From assembly GCA_964619725.1 (NCBI GenBank), contig CAZUFC010000027.1:1-64000 (forward strand): 64,000 nt of DNA. Direction: 5' to 3'. Position numbers and translations under genes: made by a program. The stretch comes from an uncultured bacterium. GTDB lineage: Bacteria > CSSED10-310 > CAZUFC01. The notes beneath the pieces were generated by a model. The model saw nothing but the letters and a program-made list of their open reading frames with translations. It did not search any database and was not told the origin of the DNA. This document shows positions 20,659 through 31,160 of the stretch, in pieces (the first letter of the stretch is position 1; every line of letters begins with the position of its first letter).

Positions 20659-21357
20659 ATGGCGCGACCCAAACGAATAAAGCAATCGGAGCATCCCTAC
20701 CACGTATCCACACGCACCAATAACAAGGAATTCCGTTTCGATCACAAGAAGGTGCAGAGAGCTCTTATCGAGGCGGTAGCTGAAGTTCTTATGAAAGCGA
20801 GCAAGATTTATGAAGTGCAGATACTTCATCTCGTTCTTATGGCGACTCATTATCACCTGATAATAAATACGCCTTTAAAGAACATCAGCGTTTTCATGCA
20901 GTACGTGAACGCCCGGATAGCCGAAATTTTCAACAAAGCGCAGAATCGAACGGGTCATTTATGGGGCGAACGTTTTTATTCGACCATAATCGATACGGTC
21001 GATTACATGAAAAGAGTCATCCGGTACGTTTACGTCAATCCCAAAGAAGCCGGGATAGTCGAGAATCCCCTGGATTATGAAAACTCAACCATATGTTTTT
21101 ATGCATTCGGAAGATTAGCATACGTTGAAGTGACGAAGGACGGGTTTTTCGTCTCTCTGGGCGAAACCGATGAAGAACGTCGTCAAGTTTTTATCCGGGA
21201 AATAATCGGAATCCCGATGACGAATGAAGAAATGGAGGAAACTCGTAAAGGACTAAGAAAAAGATTCTACGGAGGCGACGAATTCACGAAAATGATGAAG
21301 AAGAGACATGAAGAGCCCGTTAAAGCGAAGCCTGATGATTCCAAAAAGAAACCTTAA
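20659..21357 (+). CDS. REP-associated tyrosine transposase (RAYT, Y1/HUH family)
   Basis: MARPKR...YHVSTRTNN, LM.THYHL (HUH), RTGHLWGERFYS, YVYVNP.EAG.V....DY..S. AAGGAGG RBS before ATG 20659. Confidence 0.88.
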   Translation: MARPKRIKQSEHPYHVSTRTNNKEFRFDHKKVQRALIEAVAEVLMKASKIYEVQILHLVLMATHYHLIINTPLKNISVFMQYVNARIAEIFNKAQNRTGHLWGERFYSTIIDTVDYMKRVIRYVYVNPKEAGIVENPLDYENSTICFYAFGRLAYVEVTKDGFFVSLGETDEERRQVFIREIIGIPMTNEEMEETRKGLRKRFYGGDEFTKMMKKRHEEPVKAKPDDSKKKP

Positions 21358-21491
21358 TAATAAAATTATCGGGTTTCTGCATCGGGCAGTGGGGTATGAA
21401 GTAAACAAATCGAAATTTTCTGAATGGTTGCAGCACGGTAGACAATGGGTGTGGCTGATTGAGCTGAAACTGATTGTGACGGCAATAAAAC

Positions 21492-22850
21492 TCACAAATG
21501 CCTGAATTTCAGCGCAATCGCAATAAACGTGATAAGAGCAATAATGCTGCAGGGATTTGAAGAGGGAATGTTTACAGGAGTGACGGTCGGAGTTGCGGTA
21601 GGAGTTGCCGTTGCAGCAGGATAATGGTAGCCGAGGTCTCTCATGTCGATATCGCATATAAGGTCTGTTCTAGTTGTGAAGGCAGGACCTGGGGCGAGTT
21701 CTCCGCCGGCATCGAGGCACGGACTGTCGATTTCCTGTCCTGCGTCGGTCTGGCTGAGGAAGTAATTGCCCAGACTGCATGAGCAGAACAGAGGATCAAG
21801 GGAAATATTTCCATTTTGTCCTGTGGGGTCTTCAATACCTTCATAATTAGGCGTGTTTTCCCATACGTCGTTATAGCTGAAAACCGGTAAGATATTGGAC
21901 TCGAATACTTCGATGCCCATATCATTTTCCGTTACGATGTTGTGATCGACATGGAGGGAGCTTTCGATATTCATCAGCCACATGCCGCCCTGATTACCCG
22001 TTATGGTGTTTCCGACGATACGCGCTTCCGCCAGCCAGGGATTGAAAAGAATGCCGAACCCGCCGTTGTGGAATATGAGATTATTTTCCAGGTGAGCGCT
22101 GATGGCCTCCAGCGAAGTAATGCCGCTGAGTTCGTTGTCGTAAATTAAGTTGTGATGAATCGTTCCGCCTCCGTCCCAAAGGAATATACCGCTGGTCGGA
22201 TTGCCTGTTATCACGTTATGGGAAATTTCCGATGCGCTGTATTCGATGCTGATCGCTCCGGGAAAACTGGGAGGATTGGCGTTCTCAGTAAAATAATTGT
22301 AGCTGATATGAGCGGTTGAGCCGACAATGGCTATGGCGCTTCCCACGGCCGATTCACCCGCTAAATTGCCGATGAATTCATTATTGATTATACGGGGAGA
22401 GCCTCCGTGGCAATACATGCCTCCGCCGCCCCAGGAGCCGTCAGCCGAATTTTCCGTGAAACGACATTCTGAAATGGCCATATTCGAATTATTGCAATAT
22501 ATCCCGCCTCCGGAAGTATCCATTTCAGCGGTTCCGTCCCGAATCGTAAAACCTTGAATATTGAGCCTCTGCACTCCATTTATTGTAAAAACATGCCCCT
22601 CGTGCCCTCCGGAGATTACCGTTCCGCCGCAACCTTCATCGCTCATTAAATAAATATTTTCAACGTAAGGCCAGTCGATGTTTTCGTGATATGTCCCCGG
22701 AGAAACAAGAACGGTATCTCCGCTTTGAGCTGAATTCAATCCCGCCTGTATAGTCGGCTGCTCGTCAGGCACTTTAATGACGGTCGCCGAAACAGGTACG
22801 CTGAAAGTCAAAACCATGATCAGCCGGATGAAAAACGATGACTTTTTCAT
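21492..22850 (-). CDS. Secreted right-handed beta-helix protein with a PT linker and C-terminal membrane anchor
   Basis: Signal peptide, VPDEQPTIQAG...GDTVLVSPGTY, GGGIYC and IxxNxI repeats, TATPTATP, IPSS + TM + basic tail. Confidence 0.85.
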   Translation of the reverse strand: MKKSSFFIRLIMVLTFSVPVSATVIKVPDEQPTIQAGLNSAQSGDTVLVSPGTYHENIDWPYVENIYLMSDEGCGGTVISGGHEGHVFTINGVQRLNIQGFTIRDGTAEMDTSGGGIYCNNSNMAISECRFTENSADGSWGGGGMYCHGGSPRIINNEFIGNLAGESAVGSAIAIVGSTAHISYNYFTENANPPSFPGAISIEYSASEISHNVITGNPTSGIFLWDGGGTIHHNLIYDNELSGITSLEAISAHLENNLIFHNGGFGILFNPWLAEARIVGNTITGNQGGMWLMNIESSLHVDHNIVTENDMGIEVFESNILPVFSYNDVWENTPNYEGIEDPTGQNGNISLDPLFCSCSLGNYFLSQTDAGQEIDSPCLDAGGELAPGPAFTTRTDLICDIDMRDLGYHYPAATATPTATPTVTPVNIPSSNPCSIIALITFIAIALKFRHL

Positions 22851-23042
22851 CAAAACGTTCCTTTCGTCAAAAGGGTGAATACTTATGAAACCTGAAATAC
22901 CGGTTTAAGTCCTCGGTTGAGCGTAACCTCTTTACGTGTTTATTTATATTGATTTCTGATCCCGATATCAAAAAATCGCGGAAAGAATTAAATGAAGAAT
23001 GAAGAGACAGGGCGAAAAGGCGGCGGGAGAAAGGCAGGGAAC

Positions 23043-23055
23043 GGGGTCAGAGCCC
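23043..23055 (+). repeat. REP-like motif GGGGTCAGAGCCC
   Basis: Exact match. Confidence 0.85.
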
Positions 23056-23062
23056 TTCCGGG

Positions 23063-23548
23063 AACATTCCGACGACAGGACTTACGCCGACGCCTGTTGC
23101 AAAATCTACGCCGCGGACACGCACACGGACTCCTACAGCCGCGCCGACTCATATTTTAGGAGTTCGTCTGGAATTAGCGACGAGATATGTTAATCCCGGC
23201 GATCCATTTTGGGTTAACGGTATACTGGATAATCCGTACCCGGAAACGCTGACGAGCGTTCCAACGTTCTTTTTGCTTGAAGTTCATGGAGTGTATTTCT
23301 TCTGGCCGGGTTGGGAGGAATTCGATCCACAGGACGCAGAAACGATGGACTACCGGAGGATGGATGTTCCCGCGGGCAGCAGTAATATCGAGGTGATACG
23401 CAGTTTTATCTGGCCGGATACGGGCGATGAGTGCATGGAAAATTTAAAATTCTATGGGGCTATGCTGAACGAGGCTATGACTGGCTTGCAAGGCGAGTGG
23501 GCTGTCGTTGATTGGGGGTATGGACCACCAGGCAAATATGGGGATTAG
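23063..23548 (+). pseudogene. 3' fragment of a surface protein: PT linker plus ~130-aa C-terminal domain
   Basis: The frame of ORF 23273-23548 extends upstream as PTTGLTPTP...TPTAAPTHILGVRLELATRYVNPGDPFWVNGILDNP with no start codon before the in-frame stop near 23000. Confidence 0.7.
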
Positions 23549-23560
23549 CCTGAGAAGGGT

Positions 23561-23691
23561 TTGCGAAGGGGTCAGAGCCCAGCGTGGAGCCCAGCGTGAA
23601 GCCTTGATTTTACAGGCGAGTGGGGGCTGAAATCCTTAGAGATTCCTATAAGCTTTCGTCTGCGAAGGGGTCTGCGAAGGGGTCAGAGCCC
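23561..23691 (+). repeat. Cluster with two REP-like motifs (23568, 23679), each preceded by GCGAA
   Basis: tgcgaaggggtcagagccc twice, plus partial gcgaaggggtct and agcccagcgtg sub-repeats. Confidence 0.85.
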
Positions 23692-23848
23692 TGCTGGAAG
23701 CTATAAAAAATAAGGGAATTTTTGACTCTGTGCGTTAATATCATTATTTAGTAGAGAGGAATCTTGCGAGGGATTTTTGCAGGAGTTCTCTTTATTTATT
23801 CCAATGATGAATAGCAGGGTCAGGTATACCTATGGGAGGAAAAATTCA

Positions 23849-26800
23849 ATGAAAATAAGGATTTTGAAGTCACGTTTTGTGACATGTTTAATTTTTTGTT
23901 TTGCAGCAATCGCTTTTACGGGAATAGCAGTTTTGGGAGAGGGTCCTGGAAATGATTCAGGGGAGCAGAAGATTATAGAATCGGCGTTAAAGGCAAATGA
24001 TTTTTCAGAGCTTAGCAAGGGGCTTGATAAGGTATGCGAAGAGATCGGAGTTCCAGCGAAAAAAACGAGGAACGAAAAGGAGGGAAAAGATGAAGCCTTG
24101 CGTTCTGCGGGACCCCCGGAATATGGGTCGTCCGTATCTATAAAAAGGGAGATTCACAGGGTGCAGGAGAACGGTTCGGATTCCATACCCTGGCCGACTG
24201 ATTGGGACATCGACGGCCGGATGGATATTGTTTCGGGCGGTAATGACGGTCGTGTCAGATTGAGCAGGAATATCGGGACATCAACGGAACCGAAATTTGA
24301 AAATGCGGTAACAATAATGATGGGTTACAGTTATGTCGATATCGGTTATAACTCGTCTCCCGTTCATTACGATTGGGATTCAGACGGAAGCAGAGATTTG
24401 CTGGTTGGGGGTTGGCAAGGGAATGTAACTTTTTTCAAAAACAACGGCAGCGACACGACTCCGAATTTTTCAGGCGGAGTGCAACTGGACGCCGGTTACA
24501 GCGTTCTGGATGTGGGCAGCGGTTCACATCCCTTTGTCGTTGATTGGAATAATGACGGAAAGGATGATCTTCTTGTCGGAGGACATAACGGTCATGTGAA
24601 TCTTTATATGAACGTCGGTTCTCAGACGAGTCCTCAACTTAATACAGGAAGTCAGATACAGGTGGGTTATAATCCTCTGGATATGGAGGCGAAAGCGCAG
24701 CCCTGGGTCGTTGATTGGAACGGCGACGGGAAGAAGGATTTAATCGTATCGGGATTCAGTCCGTCAAAGATATCGCTTTTTGAGAATGTGGGGACGGATG
24801 CATCTCCAGCGTTCAGCGAAGAAACTGTATTGTACGAGAAAGGGAAGCCGGTATGGCCGACTCTGGATACCGGCTGGGCATTTGCCGATATGAACGGCGA
24901 CGGAGCGGAAGATTTGGTGTTCATGGATTTTCATGCCGGCGTTAGATATTTTATGAACAAGGGAACCAATCTAAGCAGAATATATGAAGAAGCGTATTAC
25001 ATTCCGGGAGAAGAACCGACAGATTTTTATCATACGATAAAGGCGCCCCGAGTCGTAGACTGGGATGAGAACGGATTAAAGGATATAGTTTTCAATATCT
25101 GGCGCGATGACCGTCATTACGTATGTTTTAATACGGGAACGGACTCAGAACCTAAGTTTACTCATCAGAAATTACTAACGACGACAACTGACCGTCATAT
25201 GGGTTTCAACATTGATTATCATTGTCCTGAGATAGTCGATTGGGACAATGACGGAAAGAAGGATGTATTGATAGCGCGACAGGATGCATCGGGGCATGGC
25301 GATATCTATATTTTTTTAAATACGGGAGAGAATTACGATCCTGAGTTCGGGGAGCCTGAGAAGTTGTCGTCGGGTTATACCGATTTAGGACCGGAACGAA
25401 CGATGAGCGTAGAGACGGCAGACTGGAATTCAGACGGCAAGAAGGATTTGCTTTTAGGTTCACAGGTGTGGACGGCGAGCGGGCGATTGCAATATGTATA
25501 TGTGAATGATGGGACGGATGCCGCCCCCGAATTTTCAAGCGGTGCAGTCTTGTCTTACGGACCGGCGGGATATGAACAACCGATACCCGGAACCTGGGTA
25601 TCGAATCCTCACGTATGGGACTATGAAGAAGACGGCGACCCAGACATATTTACGACTACTAATGATGCCAGGGAGAGGGTTCATATTTTCAATAACGATG
25701 GATCAGCCGGGAATCCTCATTTAACGGATGGCGGTTTTTTATCTGCGGGTTATGGTTATGTCGGCGGCAGCGGACATATATTTCCAGAAACGACGGATTG
25801 GGACGAGGACGGCAGGAAGGACATGATCATCGGCGAGCGGAATACGATATCGTATTATCCCAATGAACAGACTAATCTTACGTCGCCTGGCGAGGTATCG
25901 GATTTGATGGTAGCCGGTGCGTCCGATTTTTCTATCAGTTTGACCTGGACGAACCCCGGTGATGAAGATTTTAAAGGGGTGATTATAGTCCGTTCGCAGT
26001 CAACAATAACATGGAAGCCTTCCGACAGACAGGGTTATCATGTTGTTCCGGGAATAGAGATCGCTCCCGGAATCGAAGTAGTTTACAAAGGGGATGGAGA
26101 CCATTCAACGGCGCCCTGGACGGATACCGGATTGAATCCTGGAACTCGTTATTATTACAGGGCGTTCGCCTATGACGCGGTTTTGCCGTCGTATTCAGTA
26201 GACGGAAGAGAGGTAAATGCGTTGACGGGCGGAGACACTCCCACACCGACGCCCACGATGCCTCCGACCGATACTCCTTTACCGACCGATACTCCCCTGC
26301 CGACGGATACTCCCCTGCCTGGACCTGCGGGCCCCCCAGAGTTCCTTTCGGCTCTGGAGATAAAACGCAACGTTTACAAGATTAACGGTCATAATGGATG
26401 GTCGCCTTTTGTGACTGATTGGGACAATGATGGCCGTAAAGACCTGCTGGCAGGACACCATGACGGCCGCGTCTATGTTGCGATGAATATCGGGACCGGA
26501 CAGGAGCCGAGACTGGATGAGGCGTATTTATTGCAGGCCGGATACAGTGATCTGGATGTAGTATGGTGGGCCTCGGCTCCGATGCATTATGACTGGAACG
26601 CTGACGGAAAGCGGGATTTGATCATCGGAAATATGAACGGCAACGTCTATTATTTCCGAAACTACGGTTCGGGTAATTCGCCTTCATTCAATTCCGGAGC
26701 TCAGCTTTCAGCAGGAGGAAGCGTCATTGACGTGGGATACGATGCACAGCCTGTGGTAGAGGATTGGAACAATGACGGAAAACACGATCTCCTTGTCGGA

Positions 26801-29800
26801 GGGGCTCACAACGGCAAAATCAATCTTTTCCTCAATACAGGCAGCAATTCATCTCCACAGCTAGCTTCAGGCGAATTGATCGAGTCAGGAGGATCGCCTA
26901 TCGCATTAGGCGCTAAGGTTAAACCTTGGGTAATGGACTGGAATTCAGACGGTCGAAAGGACCTTGTGGTCTCTGCAAGCGATTACCAGGGCGGTTCAAT
27001 ATACCTGTATGAAAATGTGGGAACCGATGCGGCTCCGGTTTTCGATGAGCGTCAAACGCTTTTCGGTAGGAATTTTGCCGTTCCGTTAAACGCCAAGGAC
27101 TGCTGGACGTTCGCCGACTGGAACGGCGATTCAAAGACTGAAGTAGTAATAATCAATGATATGGGCGCCGTCATGTATTATCCTAATCAGGGAACGGAGT
27201 CGAATCGCAGCTATAGAGAAGCCATGTATGTGCCGGGCGATGAACCCACGATGATCTTCAATGAAGGGAAGATACCTCGAATAGTGGATTGGGATGAGGA
27301 CGGATTGAAGGATATTTTTGTGAATTCTAGCCGCGGCGGATCGCATTATGTAATAGTCAACACGGGCACGGTTGAAACGCCGAAATTCACCGGACAGAAG
27401 TTGCTGATGACGGATACCGGGAGTAAGATCGGGTTTCCGGGCAGTTGGTTCCAGTATATGACGCCTGAAGTCATCGATTGGGACAATGACGGCAAAAAGG
27501 ACATTCTGGCCCCCAGGCGGGACTGGTATCAGGGCGGAGATGTTTATCTTTACATCAACGCAGGAGAAAATTACGAACCTCAGTTCGGCGATCCTGTAAA
27601 ACTGACGGACGGTTACACAGACATAGGACCTAAATCGACAAAGGGAATAGAAACGGTCGACTGGAATTCTGACGGTAAGAAGGATTTACTTCTGGGAACA
27701 GACTATTGGGGGGATAACGGGACATATCAGTATGTATATTTGAACGAAGGAACCGATTCCTCGCCGGAATTTTCGTCTGGAGAACTGTTGCGATATGATG
27801 CCGGGGAGCCGATACACGGTTCTCCTTATTGCACTGTACGCGTATGGGACTATGAAGAAGACGGGGACCCGGACATCATTTCTGTGACGAACGAGTGCCG
27901 GGATAGGCTGACTAAATATAATAACGACGGCGTTTTGGGCAATCCGCATCTGGTTAATGAAGGTCATTTGACCACGGCTTACGGCTTTGTTTCCGGCTCC
28001 CATGTTGCTTTTGCGGAGCCCGTAGACTGGAATGAAGACGGAAAGAAGGACCTGGTGGTTGGACAACGCAATGGCATAATCTGGTATCCCAATAACCAAT
28101 CCAATCAAACTTCTCCGCATGAAGTCAGCAATTTTTCGGTAGCAGGATCATCGGATTACAGTGTAAGTTTGAACTGGACCAATCCAAACGATAATGATTT
28201 TGCCGGCGTTATTCTGTTGAGGTCTTTATCTCCCATCGAATGGTTGCCTTCAGACTGCCAGCATTATCACCTAAACGCAGGTGTCGAGGTCGCTCCGGGC
28301 ATTGAAATAGCATATAAGGGAACTGGCGATTACTCGGCAGCGCCCTGGAACGATACCGGATTGATACCCGGAAACTTTTATCATTACAAGATATTCACTT
28401 TCGATCAGGTTATGCCGTTTTACTCAGTAAACGGTCGCGACGCAACGGCATATACAGGCGGAGAAACCCCGACTCCAGCGCCTCCGACAGAGACCCCTAC
28501 GGCGACCGATACTCCCTTCCCGACTGATACGCCTCTTCCCGGACCTGCCGGACCGCCCGAATTTGATGAACTGATTGAGATTAAAAGGGAAGCGTATCAG
28601 GTAAGTTCGTCAAGTTCAGGGAAGTACGAACCGTGGGTGACCGATTGGAACAGTGACGGCAAAAAGGATTTGCTGACGGGGCAGTATGACGGACGAATCC
28701 GTTTGTGTCTGAACGACGGAACTGCTTCTGAGCCCAGGCTGCAGCCCAGCGTTTATGTGACGGGTGCTTACGGGAACATAGACGCAGGCAATTATTCTTC
28801 TCCGGTCCATTACGACTGGGACGGCGACGGCAAAAGAGATTTACTGATAGGTAATAATACCGGCAACGTTGAATTTTACAAAAACTACGGCAGCGACTCA
28901 GCGCCTTCCTTTATAGACGGCGACGACCTGGATGCGGGGTATGGAATTCTGGACGTTGGCGGAATAGCTCAGCCGTTTCCTGTGGACTGGAATAATGACG
29001 GCAAAGATGATCTTGTCGTAGGAGCAAATGACGGATTCGTGCATCTGTTTATTAACGAGGGTGCCCAGACTTCACCTCAACTTAATGCCGGCGGACCTCT
29101 GCAGGTGGGATATTCGCCGATAGACGTCGGTTCTGAAGCCAAACCCTGGGTCGTTGACTGGAACGGCGACGGTCGAAAAGACCTGGTTGTTTCAGGTTGT
29201 TCAGCAGATGGGTGTCCGTTATGGCTATTCGAAAACATCAATACCGATGCGGAACCTCAGTTTGCCGGAGGCGTTATTCTGTATGATCACAACAGTCCGG
29301 TGGTCGAATCATACAATACGGGATTGACGATCGGCGATATGAATTCAGATGCAAAGGATGACATTGTCGCCGTATCAAGCGATTCGCAGGCTGTTATGTA
29401 TTACGTCAATAAGGGTACGAACGCGAACAGAATTTATGAAGAAGCCATATACATACCCGGAGATGAACCGACCAGAATATTCAGTCACGACAAAGCGATT
29501 CGAGTGACGGACTGGGATGAGAACGGAGTAAAGGATTTGCTGGTAAATCTGGGTTGGAATGATCGACATTATGTCATATTCAATACAGGATCAAGAGAAG
29601 AGCCGAAATTGACGAAACAACTTGCTCTGACCACGACAGCAGGAAGAAGTATCGGTTTTGAATCGTACACCTATTTCTGTCCTGAAGTCGTAGACTGGGA
29701 CAATGACGGCAAAAAGGACCTGCTGGTGACGCGGGCGGATTACAGTACCTATGGTGATATCTACTTGTTTTTAAATGAGGGTGAAAATTACGATCCTGTT

Positions 29801-30955
29801 TTCAATGCGCCTCAGATACTGTCTGGAGGATACGGCGATCTGGGACCGCAGAGAGCCAGGGGCGTGGAGACGGCTGACTGGAATTCGGACGGAAAGAAGG
29901 ATATTTTTGTCGGCAGCGACTTGAACCATTCCAATGGACATTATCAGTATTATTGCATTAATGCAGGATCGGATTCCAATCCTGTTTTCGGGGCTGCGAA
30001 TGTTTTAAGATACGGAGGAGGCGGTTACGATGCGCCCATACCCGGCACATGGCAGTCTACTCCTCATATTTGGGATTATGAAGAAGACGGTGACCCGGAT
30101 TTGTTTTCACGGACTCAGAACGACTATACTAAACTGATGAACTATGTGAATGACGGTTCACCCGGTTTGCCTCATCTGATCGAAGGCGGATTTATTGAAG
30201 CAGGATACGGATACGTTCAGCCGGGACTGGATGCGGAAACCGCTGACTGGAACAACGACGGAAAGAAAGATTTGATGGTGGATATGTCCTGGGGGCTTGG
30301 TTACTACCCCAACAGTCAGGTTTCGTTGACGGCTCCGCATGAGGTAGTAGACTTCTCGATTGATTCGGTTAGCGGCGATTCAATCGATTTAGTCTGGCAA
30401 CAACCGACCGATTATGATCTTGCTGGAGTGTTAATCGTGCGGTCGCTTTCACCGATCGTATGGCATCCGTCGGAAAGGCAGCATTACCATGTAGTATCAG
30501 GAGTTGAAGTGTCGTCGGGCGTTCAGATTATATACAAGGGCAATGATGATCATTCCGTTACGCCGTGGACGGACGCCAATCTTGCCGAAGGGGAGACTTA
30601 TTACTACCGGGCTTACGCTTATGATCTCGTTTTACCTTCTTATTCTGTAAATGGCGTTGAACTTGAGGTCACCACACTTATGGCAACTCCCACACCTGAA
30701 GTTACTCCGACGCAGGAGCCGCCGGAAACATCAACCGTTACGCCGACAGAAACATTAACTGTAACGCCAACATTGACTTCAACTCCCACTCCTACAAATA
30801 CGCCTACTTATTCTCCGACCACTACTCCCCTATCACCTACGCCGACAATAACACCGGAACCGACGCCGATGCCTGCTCCGTCCTTGGGCGGATATGGAAT
30901 TCTACTGATTACCGTTTTAATTGGAATTTCATTGTTGAAAACGAGGAGGAATTAA
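23849..30955 (+). CDS. Giant surface protein: three (FG-GAP/VCBS propeller + FN3-like) modules, PT linkers and C-terminal anchor
   Basis: Many DWNxDGKKDL motifs, three ~740-aa modules starting GPPE(Y/F), LTWTNP..YYYRAFAYD FN3-like units, APSL + TM + KTRRN. ATG at 23849 follows GGAGGA. Confidence 0.9.
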   Translation: MKIRILKSRFVTCLIFCFAAIAFTGIAVLGEGPGNDSGEQKIIESALKANDFSELSKGLDKVCEEIGVPAKKTRNEKEGKDEALRSAGPPEYGSSVSIKREIHRVQENGSDSIPWPTDWDIDGRMDIVSGGNDGRVRLSRNIGTSTEPKFENAVTIMMGYSYVDIGYNSSPVHYDWDSDGSRDLLVGGWQGNVTFFKNNGSDTTPNFSGGVQLDAGYSVLDVGSGSHPFVVDWNNDGKDDLLVGGHNGHVNLYMNVGSQTSPQLNTGSQIQVGYNPLDMEAKAQPWVVDWNGDGKKDLIVSGFSPSKISLFENVGTDASPAFSEETVLYEKGKPVWPTLDTGWAFADMNGDGAEDLVFMDFHAGVRYFMNKGTNLSRIYEEAYYIPGEEPTDFYHTIKAPRVVDWDENGLKDIVFNIWRDDRHYVCFNTGTDSEPKFTHQKLLTTTTDRHMGFNIDYHCPEIVDWDNDGKKDVLIARQDASGHGDIYIFLNTGENYDPEFGEPEKLSSGYTDLGPERTMSVETADWNSDGKKDLLLGSQVWTASGRLQYVYVNDGTDAAPEFSSGAVLSYGPAGYEQPIPGTWVSNPHVWDYEEDGDPDIFTTTNDARERVHIFNNDGSAGNPHLTDGGFLSAGYGYVGGSGHIFPETTDWDEDGRKDMIIGERNTISYYPNEQTNLTSPGEVSDLMVAGASDFSISLTWTNPGDEDFKGVIIVRSQSTITWKPSDRQGYHVVPGIEIAPGIEVVYKGDGDHSTAPWTDTGLNPGTRYYYRAFAYDAVLPSYSVDGREVNALTGGDTPTPTPTMPPTDTPLPTDTPLPTDTPLPGPAGPPEFLSALEIKRNVYKINGHNGWSPFVTDWDNDGRKDLLAGHHDGRVYVAMNIGTGQEPRLDEAYLLQAGYSDLDVVWWASAPMHYDWNADGKRDLIIGNMNGNVYYFRNYGSGNSPSFNSGAQLSAGGSVIDVGYDAQPVVEDWNNDGKHDLLVGGAHNGKINLFLNTGSNSSPQLASGELIESGGSPIALGAKVKPWVMDWNSDGRKDLVVSASDYQGGSIYLYENVGTDAAPVFDERQTLFGRNFAVPLNAKDCWTFADWNGDSKTEVVIINDMGAVMYYPNQGTESNRSYREAMYVPGDEPTMIFNEGKIPRIVDWDEDGLKDIFVNSSRGGSHYVIVNTGTVETPKFTGQKLLMTDTGSKIGFPGSWFQYMTPEVIDWDNDGKKDILAPRRDWYQGGDVYLYINAGENYEPQFGDPVKLTDGYTDIGPKSTKGIETVDWNSDGKKDLLLGTDYWGDNGTYQYVYLNEGTDSSPEFSSGELLRYDAGEPIHGSPYCTVRVWDYEEDGDPDIISVTNECRDRLTKYNNDGVLGNPHLVNEGHLTTAYGFVSGSHVAFAEPVDWNEDGKKDLVVGQRNGIIWYPNNQSNQTSPHEVSNFSVAGSSDYSVSLNWTNPNDNDFAGVILLRSLSPIEWLPSDCQHYHLNAGVEVAPGIEIAYKGTGDYSAAPWNDTGLIPGNFYHYKIFTFDQVMPFYSVNGRDATAYTGGETPTPAPPTETPTATDTPFPTDTPLPGPAGPPEFDELIEIKREAYQVSSSSSGKYEPWVTDWNSDGKKDLLTGQYDGRIRLCLNDGTASEPRLQPSVYVTGAYGNIDAGNYSSPVHYDWDGDGKRDLLIGNNTGNVEFYKNYGSDSAPSFIDGDDLDAGYGILDVGGIAQPFPVDWNNDGKDDLVVGANDGFVHLFINEGAQTSPQLNAGGPLQVGYSPIDVGSEAKPWVVDWNGDGRKDLVVSGCSADGCPLWLFENINTDAEPQFAGGVILYDHNSPVVESYNTGLTIGDMNSDAKDDIVAVSSDSQAVMYYVNKGTNANRIYEEAIYIPGDEPTRIFSHDKAIRVTDWDENGVKDLLVNLGWNDRHYVIFNTGSREEPKLTKQLALTTTAGRSIGFESYTYFCPEVVDWDNDGKKDLLVTRADYSTYGDIYLFLNEGENYDPVFNAPQILSGGYGDLGPQRARGVETADWNSDGKKDIFVGSDLNHSNGHYQYYCINAGSDSNPVFGAANVLRYGGGGYDAPIPGTWQSTPHIWDYEEDGDPDLFSRTQNDYTKLMNYVNDGSPGLPHLIEGGFIEAGYGYVQPGLDAETADWNNDGKKDLMVDMSWGLGYYPNSQVSLTAPHEVVDFSIDSVSGDSIDLVWQQPTDYDLAGVLIVRSLSPIVWHPSERQHYHVVSGVEVSSGVQIIYKGNDDHSVTPWTDANLAEGETYYYRAYAYDLVLPSYSVNGVELEVTTLMATPTPEVTPTQEPPETSTVTPTETLTVTPTLTSTPTPTNTPTYSPTTTPLSPTPTITPEPTPMPAPSLGGYGILLITVLIGISLLKTRRN

Positions 30956-31104
30956 AGGATTTCTGTCCAAATAAGTCGAATTTCCCCCAATGATGCGTCA
31001 GGCTTCGGATTTGCTCAGTCAACGTATAATAAATACGCCTTCTTCGTAAATCCTTGCCTTCCTTGCCTTGAGAAAAATTCGCTCGTTTATGGATCAAAAA
31101 CCCA

Positions 31105-31160
31105 AGTGGCTGTCCAGCATTAAATTTTGAATCGAGATTCGAGTTTGTGGACAGACACTA
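31105..31160. repeat. Short inverted-repeat element, copy 2
   Basis: AGTGGCTGTCCA...TGGACAGACACT; matches 1-51. Confidence 0.75.

Noticed and set aside
20530-21357. IS200/IS605 insertion sequence, and the longer 275-aa start
   Set aside because: The motifs fit RAYT (GHLW..RF, Y...NP..AG), there is no tnpB, and the RBS supports ATG 20659.
22999-23193. 64-aa ORF spanning the REP-like motif
   Set aside because: The meaningful PT-linker/domain sequence is in a different frame.
23849-30955. Diversity-generating retroelement template/variable repeats
   Set aside because: The modules diverge at all base types rather than at adenines only, and no reverse transcriptase is present.
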